Assembly: GCF_001194135.2 (NCBI RefSeq) | Contig: NC_068982.1 | Span: forward strand, 68,757,862-68,805,761 | Reading direction: 5' to 3' | From: Octopus bimaculoides | Taxonomy: Eukaryota | Length of the DNA stretch: 47,900 nucleotides | Translations under genes and position numbers: made by a program | The notes under the pieces: generated by a model | Told to the model about the DNA's origin: nothing | The model's input: the letters and a program-made list of their open reading frames with translations, nothing else | Databases searched by the model: none | In this document: one piece after another, positions 23,531 to 35,875 of the stretch | How positions within the stretch are numbered: the first letter of the stretch is position 1 | How the letters are laid out: every line of letters begins with the position of its first letter

Positions 23531-24385
23531 GTCTTAAAGGATTGGCAACAGTCAAGAGCAATGACCTTTACTTGAAAATCAACAAGTTAAAAAAAAGGTT
23601 CTGAAGAGAAACGGTACTAAGAGTGGAAAAAATAATGTTTAAGAAATGTTCATATGAATGCATTAACTTATTTATGCTTATGCTTGCCTTATCTATGGCA
23701 GACACTGTTTTTCTTGTGCATGTGTGTGCAGATAATAATGAAAAAAGGATAGATAAACATACATAACCTATATAAGCTGCACCAGATGCCATCATTGAAC
23801 TGTGCCTATGACTTTAGTTATGCACATTGAACATTGTGCATGACTAAGATTATGTGAAGGTGTGTATTCTTGCTGTTGTTGTCATCGTTGTCGGCGTTGC
23901 TGTCATCGCCGTTGTCCTCCTCCGTTACAACTACCACCACCACCATCACCACGAACATTGCACACACGCACGCACGCACGCACGCACGCACGCACAGGGA
24001 TTTCAAAATCTAGGCAAATACTTTATAAACACTGTGTCATAATCTCAACATGGCTAACTATATCAACCAGTAGGAAATATACTACATATAGCTTTATTAA
24101 TGCTGGTGGCATGAAAAAATTACCCAGTACATGCTGTAATGTGGTTGCCATTAGGAAGGTCATTCAGCTGTAGAAATCATGCCCAAGTAGACATGGTGAT
24201 GATCTGCATCTGGCTTCTTTCAATTTCCATTTACCAAATTTCCCTCGCAAGTCATTAGTCAGCCAGAAGCCATGGCTAGAAGACACTTTCCCAAGTTGCC
24301 ATGCAGTGGGACTGAACCTGAAACCAAGTAGTTGAGAAGCAAATTTCTCATCCACACAGCCATGCCTGCAACCTCAGTTATTTTA

Positions 24386-24569
24386 ATCATCATCATCATC
24401 ATCGTTTAACGTCCGCTTTCCATGCTAGCATGGGTTGGACGATTTGACTGAGGACTGGTGAAGCCAGATGGCTACACCAGGCTCCAATCTGATTTGGCAG
24501 AGTTTCTACAGCTGGATGCCCTTCCTAACGCCAACCACTATGAGAGTAGTGAGTGCTTTTTATGTGCCA
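24386..24569 (-). mobile_element. Young RTE 3' end, antisense, ending 28 nt before the large-exon acceptor
   Basis: (cat)n-cgtttaacgtccgctttccatgctagcatggg... shared with 17943 and the reverse of 15698 and 41665. Confidence 0.9.
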
Positions 24570-24597
24570 AAGTAAAAAAAAAAAATTTTTTTTCCAG

Positions 24598-26631
24598 AGT
24601 AAAAGAAATACGTCCTGAATCAAGCAGCACCCGAGTAATGAGGAAAAAATCTGTTGATGCAAATTCTGGCAAAAATATACATGCTATGGCTGGTGCATCA
24701 CCTTGTATTTTCCACCCTTCCAATATAGTTTGTTCATCAACTCCTATAAGACGACAGTGTTCAGATAATATTTCTTCTGAACCACCAAGAGCAACAGAAT
24801 CTCCAATATTTTTTGATCCCAATGAAAGTCCAGGACATGGACACCGTATTCCTCACAAAGTTAGAAGCAGGTTTAATATTCTCCCTGACAAAATTACTAT
24901 CTCTAAGTATGTTCCACCACAAGATAATTCCACAATGGCACAAATACTTGACAGGAGTTTTTCTTCTGATATAGAATTTGAAGATTTTCTTGAAGAAAAT
25001 TCTGGGAAGAACTCTAAGGTGAAGAATTTAAATGAATATAGTGAAAATGAATTACTTACTTCTGATTTTAATTATGATTTGAATGATCTCAATAAATCTG
25101 CTGAATATGAAAACTCCAACATGAAATGCGAACATGCTGGAGATCAACAAATACAGGTACTAGAACTTAAGTTGAAAAACAGTGATATTGCTTCTTCATT
25201 TACTTCACAAAATGTTGTCACATCAGTGGCACGGACTCGTAATCATTCTGACCCTGGTGTTTCCTCTACTCAACTGAATACATTGGAGGATGGCAAAATA
25301 AAAAGACCATTTTCATCTGATTTTATACACTGTTCAACAGAAGAGAATTCTGATGAGGGTGTTGACTGTGAATACTGGTTTGGTAGTCCGAAAGAGATTC
25401 AAAGATTTGAATCACCACTTCGTTTTGATATGGCTCAAAATGAGGAATTTGATCTGTCATCTATTACTCATATGAAAACTGTATTTCCTTTACCACCGAC
25501 TTTGAAAACTAAATTCTGTGATAATAATAAGCCAATGACATTGAAGAAAGATCAGGAATCTGTAAGAAAAAATAATGCATTCAGTAAAAATTTAGTCAAA
25601 AAAGTTCAGCCAGTTAATGTTAAACAAACAGAAATAAATTGTTTCGGAGATAGTAGAGAAGACTTGTTACAAAAGAAAACTAATTCATTAGCATCAAATC
25701 GAAATATATTCTCTGATGCAGCAGATCAAGATTTTCAAACACCTTCTTCAGATGATAGAAAAACTAATTATGTTAATAGCTGTATGATTTCTTTTAATGT
25801 TCCCTGTACAGTAAGCAACACAGCAGTTCCGGTCATTCCATCACAGACTGATGATTCAATTTGTACTTTCGATAGCCCTGTAGATAGTTCTACTCCAACT
25901 AAACATCTTGAAATGCCCACAGCATCTAAATCATCTTTAGCAAAGGAGCTGGACTCCCATACTATGAGTGATGCCCTTGTTTATAGCTTTTGTTCTCAAG
26001 ATGGTGAAAAAGTTGAAGAATATTTCCTATGCTCAGAACCAAAAAGTTCTGATGTTGCGATTGAAAGTAATTCAAATACCATAAACTCTGCAGACAATCC
26101 TTGCTCTCAAACAAACCTTCACAATATTAAAGATGATAGTGATAAGTGGGGTGTATCTACTTCACAAGTAGTTGAAAATAAAGAAGAACTATGTAATAAA
26201 AGCCAAACTATGTTGAAACAAAATTCATGTCAATTGATACCTAAAACATCAAGTGATTCTTTCTTTAGTCAAAATGGTTCCACTGCAAATGTCTGCTGCT
26301 ATACTTCTGAGACTGATTCTTCTTTACGTCTTCCCAGACAACACAAAAGTGATTTAGAAGTTGTAACAGTAGACACTTCGTTATCTGAAAACAAAGCTTG
26401 TGCTAATATTTATTGTGAGGCAAACTCTTCTGCACAAACAGTTTTGACTTCAGTATCTAAGAAAAGACTCAAAACTGCTTTTTCTCCAAGTAATTCACAA
26501 CCGGTTTTGGATTTTACCTCTTGCAAAACTAATGGCTCTTGTTCCAACCAAACGACACTTCCTGCACCTGTCTTACCAAGTGGTTCATCAGTTTCAAGAT
26601 CTGGACAAGAAATCATTCCTAATGAAATCCA
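24598..26631 (+). CDS. KIF24: Large exon: end of motor helix (RVKEI) followed by about 670 aa of Ser/Asn/Asp-rich, probably disordered tail
   Basis: Acceptor ttttttttccag ends at 24597. ag|a gives Arg then VKEI, continuing RYANR-VKE. Stop-free for 2034 nt. Donor gtaagt at 26632. Phase 2 at both ends. Confidence 0.87.
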
Positions 26632-27320
26632 GTAAGTGAAAAACAAACTTCATTTGTAATATCCTCCTCCTCCCATCCTCCCCATCCTCCTCCGCCCCCA
26701 CCATCACCGCCACCCCTCCACCTCCGCCTCCTCCTCCGCCTCCTCCTCTGCCTCCTTCTCTACAGCTAGACACCTGTTCCTATTCCTCAATCCTATTTTA
26801 ACCTCTAATCACCTGGCATAAAGCCACCTCCACTCAGTTAAGGAATCTTGTCTTACAAGTTACTTGGTGACTTCACTAATACCAGTGCTACAAAAAAAGA
26901 ACATATGGCCATAGAAACCATGTCAAAGCAGACACTGGAGCTTGACACAGTTTTCTGGATTTTCAAATCCTGTTAAACTGCCCAGCCCATGCCAGCATAG
27001 AAGACAGATGTTACGTAATGATGATGATGATATTGAGGGGTATTTTATTTCTTGTCAACTCATTTCCCTTATACCATTCTATGGATTTTTGGATCATATT
27101 TAGTGTTTTATTGTAGCAACAGATATTATACTACTAATTTATCAAGTGAGAGGGAGAGAGAGAGAGAGACAGTATATTACTAAAATGCTGAATGAATAGT
27201 AATTATAATAGATAGTTTATAACTATTACTAGGACTGCCATTTCTTCTCAATTACAATCTCCTACTTGTATTTTTTAATCTGGCCTTGTACTAAAATTAA
27301 AAAAGAATTATTATTATTAT

Positions 27321-27722
27321 TATTGGTTTCAAATTTTGACACAAGGCCAGCAACTTTAGGAAGGGGCTAAGTTGATTAAATTGAGCCCACTGTTCCAGTG
27401 GTATTTATTTTATCAACCTTGAAAGGATGAAAAATAAAGTTGACTCTGGCAGAATTTGAACTCAGAATGTAAAGATGGTGTGCTAACAATTCTACTAGCT
27501 CACCACCCTAATTGATATTATTATTAATAAGGTGGGAGGTTGGCAGAATCATTAGTACATTGGACAAAATGCTTAACAGCATTTCTTCTGACTCTATGTT
27601 CTGAGTTCAAATCCTGCTGATTCATTTTTTTATCCCTTCAAGTTTGATAAAAGGAAGTACCAGACAAGTATTGGGGAGTGATGTATTTGACTTTGCCTCT
27701 CCCTTCAAAATTGTTGGCTTTG
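27321..27722. mobile_element. Head-to-head inverted pair of family D SINEs (27321-27508 minus, 27529-27722 plus)
   Basis: Both match 1821-2032 in opposite orientations, with a spacer of about 20 nt. Confidence 0.75.
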
Positions 27723-28687
27723 AACTCTGCAGTGGACTGGCATTCTGTTCAGGAGAAATGTTGTGACCTTGGTCACTTATATACCGTGGAAACTGGGTAA
27801 CTGGCATTACGAGGGCTCAAGACAAAAAAAAAAAGAAAAAAAGATCCATGTGGTTTCAGAACTGAAAGCTTATGGTTGTGAAACAAACTTCTTAACCACA
27901 CAGCTAATACCTTTTAATGATAATAATGGTAAATTAGAATTTTCCCATAACATCTCAATCAAGTGGTTAATCACTGGAAAAAAAAAAAAAAGAAAAAGAA
28001 AATTGCAATAATAATATATCTGAAACCAGAGTTATTTGGCAAATTACGGAAGGTTATAAGCGAAAACCTTCATTATTTATAGTGTAATTTGGCTAAAGTT
28101 GATTGATTACTATTTATCAAACAAATTATTATGGTGATATTGTTTCTCCCAATATTTGGCAGTTAATGTAGTGAAATATCATTGTCTCTGTTGATGTAGC
28201 GAGTTTAGAATTCTTTGCTTTTAGTCTTTTGATGTTTTTATTGATTGTCACTTTTATATACACTCTTGTTGACTTCATCTTCTCCACAACTTCCCTGTGA
28301 AAGTTGAGAAAACATTTAAAATTCTAATGTATAAAAATTACTGAGCAGCTCAGTAGTTAGGGTAGTCTGCTGTTGACTGTTGTGTAATTTTTATCCAAGT
28401 TTTCCTCTCTAGCTTCTGACTACATAGGTACGTAAAATAATAAGTGTAGGCAGGTTATATAGCTTACAAGTATATCTATGGTAAAGAAGCTTGCTTCCAA
28501 ACCATATGGTCTTAGGTTCAATTCCGCCGCATGACACCGTAGGCAAGTATCTTCTACTAAAGCTTCAGTTCCACCAAAGCCTTGTGAGTGGAATTGGAAG
28601 ATAGAAACTGAAAGAATCCTGTCATATATTCAGGCCAACCAAAACCTTGTGAGTGGATTTGGTAGATGGAAACAGAAAGAAGCCTGT

Positions 28688-28736
<49 letters not shown>

Positions 28737-28944
28737 GCATTTGTGTCTTTGTGTCAATGTTTGCCCTTACCACTACTTGACCACTACTGTTGCTGGGGTT
28801 AAATCCCTGTTACTTAGCAGTTTAGTTAGAGTCCAACAGAATAAGTTGCAGGTTTAAAAGAAATGATAAGTATTGGGATTGATTCATTTGACTAAAATTC
28901 TTCGAGGTGGTACCCCAACATGGCCACAGTCTAATGACTGAAAC

Positions 28945-29228
28945 AAGAATAGCCTGGGCCAAGTTTAGAGAGCTCTTACCTCTGCTGGCGACAAAGGGAC
29001 TCTCACTCAGAGTAAAAGGCAGACTGTATGATGCATGTGTACGAACAGCCATGCTACATGGCAGTGAAACATGGGCTGTGACTGCTGAGGACATGCGTAA
29101 GCTCGCAAGGAATGAAGCCAGTATGCTCCGCTGGATGTGTAATGTAAATGTGCATACCCGTCAGAGTGTAAGTATCTTGAGAGAAAAGCTGAACATAAGA
29201 AGCATCAGTAGTGGTGTGCAAGAGAGAC
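28945..29228 (+). mobile_element. Young RTE LINE fragment (post-RT region) running into a gap
   Basis: Stop-free RIAWAKFRELLPLLATKGLSLRVKGRLYDACVRTAMLHGSETWAV...RNEASMLRWMCNV. Joined directly to a SINE C tail through an aag overlap. Confidence 0.9.
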
Positions 29229-29825
29229 NNNNNNNNNNNNNNNNNNNNNNNNNNNNNNNNNNNNNNNNNNNNNNNNNNNNNNNNNNNNNNNNNNNNNNNN
29301 NNNNNNNNNNNNNNNNNNNNNNNNNNNNNNNNNNNNNNNNNNNNNNNNNNNNNNNNNNNNNNNNNNNNNNNNNNNNNNNNNNNNNNNNNNNNNNNNNNNN
29401 NNNNNNNNNNNNNNNNNNNNNNNNNNNNNNNNNNNNNNNNNNNNNNNNNNNNNNNNNNNNNNNNNNNNNNNNNNNNNNNNNNNNNNNNNNNNNNNNNNNN
29501 NNNNNNNNNNNNNNNNNNNNNNNNNNNNNNNNNNNNNNNNNNNNNNNNNNNNNNNNNNNNNNNNNNNNNNNNNNNNNNNNNNNNNNNNNNNNNNNNNNNN
29601 NNNNNNNNNNNNNNNNNNNNNNNNNNNNNNNNNNNNNNNNNNNNNNNNNNNNNNNNNNNNNNNNNNNNNNNNNNNNNNNNNNNNNNNNNNNNNNNNNNNN
29701 NNNNNNNNNNNNNNNNNNNNNNNNNNNNNNNNNNNNNNNNNNNNNNNNNNNNNNNNNNNNNNNNNNNNNNNNNNNNNNNNNNNNNNNNNNNNNNNNNNNN
29801 NNNNNNNNNNNNNNNNNNNNNNNNN

Positions 29826-31753
29826 ATATACTAGCAGAGATACCTGGCATTGCCTGTGTCACATGGAACTGAAGAATTAGACTTTTGTTTCATATTTTCT
29901 CTAATGAACTGTAATACCTATGATTCAAATTTCATCAAAACTGGAGATTAAGAATTTTAATGAGGGTCCTTTCCCTCTTTACACACCCTAACAAAAATTC
30001 TAATCATGACATATTTATCCCATACTACTCATCTTTATACCCAGATTCCAAAATCCAAATCTTATAAAACCTATTGAAAGGTTTTTGCTCCTGAAAAATG
30101 GAACACACGGAGCTCTAAAATGTGGAAGTTAAGGCCCCTATTAGGAGGGGTGTGTGTTTTAAAGTCAATCAGAGAAGTTGAATTGTTGGGAATCTTTTTT
30201 AACTTGTGTCTTATATCCATTGTTCAAATTTCTTTGAAATGGAAAATATATGAATGTTCACTGGGTTTGTAAAAGAGAGCAAAGCTAGAGAAAACCAAAA
30301 GACAAATGATCACAATAAGCAGTCAGCTACCCTACCCTAATAGTTACCACTTTCTAATGTAGGATTCCTCACCATACAGGTGCCCAGCACAGCCGTAAGA
30401 TGCATTACAGATCTATAGCAATTGGAAGGGTGTGACCCAACTCAAATAAACATTAACAACTGTGTGACATTGGGGTTAAGGGGGAATGAAAGTGTCACAT
30501 CTGGAGTTTGCCAATGATCACTATGCTGATAGGTAATGGAACAGAATAAATTTACAATCTATGAATCTCTTTGAATGACCAATTACTTATCTGGAAAGGG
30601 CTTGAAATCAACGTTACTGTCTGGGGACTATCTCTGACCCAGGGATAATAAAAAGACTCAAAGGTGGGCAGCAACCAAATAACTTTACTCAAAATAACAC
30701 TTTGCAACTGAATCAGTGGAGGTAAAGATGCATCTCCTTTACCTGACAATTTATGTACCACATTGCAGAAATCACAATCTAAGTACATCTCAAAGCAAAC
30801 TCTTATACTGTTGTACCATTGAATTAATTATAAATAACGCTCATCTTTTATGCTCGGGTGACTCTACAGCTTCCAAGACTACAATTATATTCGTCTTGGT
30901 TTAGGAAAAATGATTAAATTGTAGGGGTTAAGCCCCCATTAAGGGGTCTTACTGAGTCCTAAGAAGTTGAAATTTTAGGAATATTACTTCATTTGTGTCT
31001 AATATCTATGGTTAAAATTTCATGAACAACAAAAATATATGAATTTTCATGNNNNNNNNNNGGTTAAAATTTCATGAACAACAAAAATATATGAATTTTC
31101 ATGAGGGTTATGGCCTCATTTATGCCCCCTCACTTTCAAACATATACTGCATTACATGTGTCCTTATGCATAGAATATAATTTCGAAATTTCCTTGTTTT
31201 GGATCATAAAAAATGACTAAAATTTGGGAGTTAAGGCCCTCATTAGGGGGTCTTAGAATCCTCATAAGATGCGGAAACTTTGAGAATACTTTTTGATTTG
31301 TGTCAATTACCTATGGTTGAAATTTCATCATCATTGGAAATTTATGAATTTTCATGGGGGAACTCTGCCTCCTTTAAGCCTCCTCAAATTCAAACCAAAC
31401 ATACTGCATTATACCCACCCTTATGCATTGAATCTAAGTTCCAAATGTCATAAGGATCATTCAGTAATTTTGATCCATGAAAAATGACTAAAATTTGGGG
31501 TTAAGCCCCCATTAGGGGGTCTTAGAATCATCCAAAGAAATTGAAATTTTGGGTATATTTAAAAATTTATTTCTAATACCTATGGTTCAAATTTCATCAA
31601 AATTCAAAGCATATGAATTTTCACAGGGAATTACCCTTCTCTCTAGGCTTGGATTTTGTATTTCAAATTTCATTTGGTTTGATCCAGTAGTTTTTGAGTC
31701 TATAAGTAATGCATGAACACACGAACACACATATTGACTTTTATATAATAGAT
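29826..31753 (+). mobile_element. Non-autonomous Helentron/HINE (DINE-1/Lep1-like) element with about 250-270 bp internal tandem units
   Basis: 5' end atatactagcagagatacctggcattgcc. 3' end aaatttcat...gatccagtagtttttgagtc...acacac...ttttatataatagat. Unit anchors aaaaatga.taaa...gttaag.ccc.cattagggg at about 30906, 31209 and 31480. Confidence 0.7.
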
Positions 31754-31786
31754 ATATATATATGCACGTATACATACTTGTATATA

Positions 31787-31817
<31 letters not shown>

Positions 31818-31828
31818 ATACACAGACA

Positions 31829-32218
31829 GTGGAAGCGCAATGACCCAGTGGTTAGGGCAGCAGACTTGCAGTCATAGGATCGCGGTTTCGATTCCCAGAC
31901 CGGGCGTTGTGAGTGTTTATTGAGCGAAAACACCTCAAGCTCCACGAAGCTCCAACAGGGGATGGTGGCGAACCCTGCTGTACTCTTTCACCACAACTTT
32001 CTCTCACTCTTACTTCCTGTTTCAGTTGTACCTGTAATTCAAAGGGTCAGCCTTGTCACACTGTGTCACGCTGAATATCCTCGAGAACTACGTTAAGGGT
32101 ACATGTGTCTGTGGAGTGCTCAGCCACTTGCACGTTAATTTCACGAGCAGGCTGTTCCGTTGATCAGATCAACTGGAACCCTCGACGTCGTAAGTGACGG
32201 AGTGCCAACAACAACAAC
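31829..32218 (+). mobile_element. SINE family A, full length with TSD
   Basis: TSD atacacagacagt at 31818-31830 and 32219-32231. Confidence 0.92.
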
Positions 32219-32793
32219 ATACACAGACAGTTAGATTGATAGATACAATTGAGTGGGCAAACAAAAATATGAGACACTGCCTTGAAGAATTTTTTGTTGA
32301 ATGAATCAACCTCAGTGCTTCTTTTATATTTTAATAAGCCTGGTACTTAATCTATGGTCTCTTGTCAAACCATTAAGTTATGGGAATATAAATAAACCAA
32401 CACCAGTTGTCAAGTAGTGATGAGGGAGAGACACAAAGATACACACATACACTTACATATATACATATATATATATGAGGGGTTTCTTTCAGTTTCTGTC
32501 TACCAAATCCACTCACAAGGCTTTAGTTGGCCTGAGGCTATAGCCGAAGACATGCCAAGTTACCACACAGTGGGACTGAACCCAAGTTTGTGTACTTTGG
32601 AACCAAGTTTCTTACCACACCTGCACCTATATATATGTATGTGTATATATATATGTATGTATGTGTGTGTATGTATGTGTGTGTGTGTATGTATGTATGT
32701 GTGTGTGTGTATATATGTATGTGTGTATGTATGTATGTATGTATATGTGTATGTATGTATGTATATGTGTATGTATGTATATGTATATATGTG

Positions 32794-32828
<35 letters not shown>

Positions 32829-32831
32829 GTA

Positions 32832-32869
<38 letters not shown>

Positions 32870-32963
32870 ATAGAAGACACTTGACCAAAGTGCCATACAT
32901 TTGGCCAGAACCAGGAACCATGTGGTTGGGAAGCAAGTTTCTTATTGCACACCCTCTGTTGTG

Positions 32964-33006
<43 letters not shown>

Positions 33007-33015
33007 ATGTCTGTA

Positions 33016-33480
33016 CATCTATAATATAAATTGAACATGGGCGACCGTTGTATTCTTTCTTGTCTCGAGGTTCACGGCCAAACGGCTGGGTGGATTCTCG
33101 TGAAAAATGGCACATGTGGAGACGGGTGCATAGATTGGAACGCGCTTTATATTTTTTCCTAGCCCCCACAGTTACCGAGAAAATTGATTAAAACAACCTG
33201 CGTGCGTGTATGTGAGTGTGTCACCGAAGCCATTCATACATACATACATATATAATTACTCTCTTTTTCTCTCTCTCGGTTTTCTGTCAATCACTCACAC
33301 ATTCACTCACTACAAAAACCGAATAAAAAATTTCAGTTATCTCTCTCTCTTTCTTTCTCTCTCTGTCTCGCACACCCCATAAAACATACACACACACACA
33401 CACACACACAGACATACGTACGTACATCAATTCTTCTGTCTCATACCAACTTCAAAAGAAGTTCAGTCATAAAACTGTCC
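33016..33480 (-). mobile_element. HINE/Helentron-like fragment
   Basis: Begins atctataatataaa, contains acggccaaacggctgggtggattctcgtgaaaaatggcac (Lep1-like core) and is CpG-rich. Followed by a SINE A head at 33486-33556 (minus). Confidence 0.5.
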
Positions 33481-33902
33481 ATGTCTCTGGGAATCGAAAC
33501 CGCGATCCTCCGACTGTGAGTCCGCTGCCCTAACCACTAGGCCATTGCGCCTCCACCCCCAGTATGTGTATCCTTGTCTTGATATCTGTAACGGTTGTAA
33601 TTGGGCATCATCACCATGTGAGTGTGCTTGTTACAAATCTTACTTGAAAAATATGTCTGGCCAAGGGAGAATATTACTTTGTTTAGAAATAGGTATCTGG
33701 TTGTGGAAAATCTACCTCAACAAATTCCATCTGACCTGACCTGTGCAAACATGGAAAAGTGGATGTTAAGTGATGATGATAATGATGATGGTTGTACATG
33801 CTATGCTACTATGTCATATTTGCTTGCAAGTGATGACTGTTTTTTGTCTATTTTTTGTGGTATGTCTTTGTTGTAATTTAATTTTGGTGTTATAGACTTC
33901 TA

Positions 33903-34287
33903 GTGGAGGCGCAATGGCCCAGTGGTTAGGGCAGCAGACTCGCAGTCATATGATCGCGGTTTCGATTCCCAGACCGGGCGTTGTGAGTGTTTATTGAGCG
34001 AAAACACCTAAAGCTCCACGAGGCTCCGGCAGGGGATGGTGGCAAACCCTGCTGTACTCTTTCACCACAACTTTCTCACTCTTTCTTCCTGTTTCTGTTG
34101 TACCTGTAATTCAAAGGGCCAGCCTTGTCACACTGTGTCACACTGAATATCCCCGAGAACTACGTTAAGGGTACACGTGTCTGTGGAGTGCTCAGCCACT
34201 TGCACGTAAATTTCACGAGCAGGATGTTCCGTTGATAGAATCAACTGGAACCCTCGACGCCGTAAGTGACGGAGTGCCAACAACAAC
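33903..34287 (+). mobile_element. SINE family A, full length
   Basis: High similarity to 3332-3712 and 31829-32218. Only an imperfect TSD (gacttct) is visible. Confidence 0.9.
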
Positions 34288-34404
34288 TATAATTGACTTC
34301 TGTATGGCTTACTTAACAGAGTAAGGCAGGTAAATTAAAAAAAAATATTTTGGAAGTGTAAAGAAAATAATGTTTGTCAATTGACAGGCTACCACAAGGT
34401 CCAT

Positions 34405-34590
34405 CCAGTCCTTGTTGCATTGTGGTGGTTTGTGTGCCTCAATGACCCTGTGAGGTATGTCAGCAGAATTCAAGGTACTGGTAGGGTCTCCCAAGCTGGA
34501 CAGGTCAAAGGATAGAAGCCAGACTAAAACAGACCCTGTCTTTCCAGAGGTAAAAATAGGTTTGCATACGGCCAACATCCCTACCTGGAA
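34405..34590 (+). mobile_element. Probable RTE-type 5' UTR fragment
   Basis: gtgcctcaatgaccctg...ctggtagggtctccc...gacaggtcaaagg..agaagccagac...gg(c)caacatccctacctgga resembles RTE 5' UTRs as I recall them. Confidence 0.4.
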
Positions 34591-35693
34591 TAAAAGCAAA
34601 GTTACAGTAGCTGTGTTGTAAGAAAATTGCTTCCCAACCTCATGGTTCTGGGTCCAATACTACTAAATGGCACCCTGGAGAAGTGTCTTCTACTATAGCT
34701 TTGGGCCAAGCAAAACCTTATGAGTGGATTTGGTAGACAGAAACTGAAAAAAAGCCTATCGTATATATCTGTGTGTGTGTGTGTTTGTGTCTGTGGTTGT
34801 CCCCTACCATCACCAGGTGTTGGTGTGTTTATGTCCCTATAACTTAGTGGTTTGGCAAAAGAGACTGATAGGATAAGAACCAAGCTTAAGAAAAATAAGT
34901 ACTGGTGGTCTATTCATTCATTTCAAAAAAAATTCTCAGAGACGGTGCCTCAACATGGCCACAGTCTAATGACTGAAACAAGTAAAAGATATAATATAAA
35001 AGAAAGATCTCTGACAATTCAAAACTTACAAAGCCTGGGAGTAGAAGGCCTCCCCTCAGGGAAACATAGATAGGATACTGAGGCAGTGGTGAAAAGTAGG
35101 GATCCAACTGGAGAGAAACAGAAAAGACAGCCCAAAGTCAAGAACTGTGGAAAAAAAAAAGTCATCAATGGCCTGTGCTTCATAGGATTGAACGGCTTAG
35201 GATTGTAGGGCTTAATTAAGTAAGAGATTTTTGACCGGGGTGTGTAGTAACTTTGAAGTTTATTTTATAGAAAAATATTTGAAACTAAAAGAGTCACATT
35301 CAAACTATGCTTGTAGATCATCATTCATTTATTGTGGTTCACTGAAAATAGAACTTGTGTAGATGTGTGAACTGTTGATAGATCAGGACTTGAATGTAGG
35401 CTATTGGTTGGGGTGGAGTGGGGTTTGGGTGGGGGTTGCAGGAGGGAGAGTTGAATCACCTTAATCTCAGCAGGATCATTCACTGCATATTCATGAGTTA
35501 ATTTTAATTTAGTTAAGATTTATTGGAGATTTTGTTTATGATGTTGAGTGACAGAATGTCATTCTTTTATGTTTGATACTAAGAAAATTTGAACTTAGTA
35601 CATATACACTAGGTTATCATGGGGATGGGAGTGGTTTGGTTAAAAAAAAACACAGTGATAAATGAAACAGTGATAAATGCATCATCTCCATAC

Positions 35694-35875
35694 TCACTTG
35701 CAAATGGAATGAATAGTACATTCTTTGACTCCAAACTTGTGTCCCACAGCTGTAAAGCTTCCACCATCACATATTTTCTTGATCATCTCTCTACCTTTTC
35801 TTATAGAGAGTACACTTGCTTGTGTTGTTTGTCAGGACCAGGCACCTTTGTATTTCTCCTGTTCACTGGTCTCAT
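35694..35875 (-). pseudogene. pogo/Tigger-like transposase N-terminal HTH remnant
   Basis: KQVYSL*EKVE[frameshift]MIKKICDGGSFTAVGHKFGVKECTIHSICK resembles the CENP-B/psq HTH. Confidence 0.5.

Noticed and set aside
24458-24597. N-terminal 47 aa (MKPDGYTRLQSDLAEFLQLDALPNANH...) of the 725-aa ORF as a real protein start
   Set aside because: It is the antisense reading of the RTE 3' UTR, and nearly the same peptide appears in ORFs at 14413, 18006 and 40391. The real exon starts at the acceptor at 24598.
31010-31103. Exact 42-bp direct repeat
   Set aside because: The two copies flank a 10-N gap, typical of an unmerged contig overlap.
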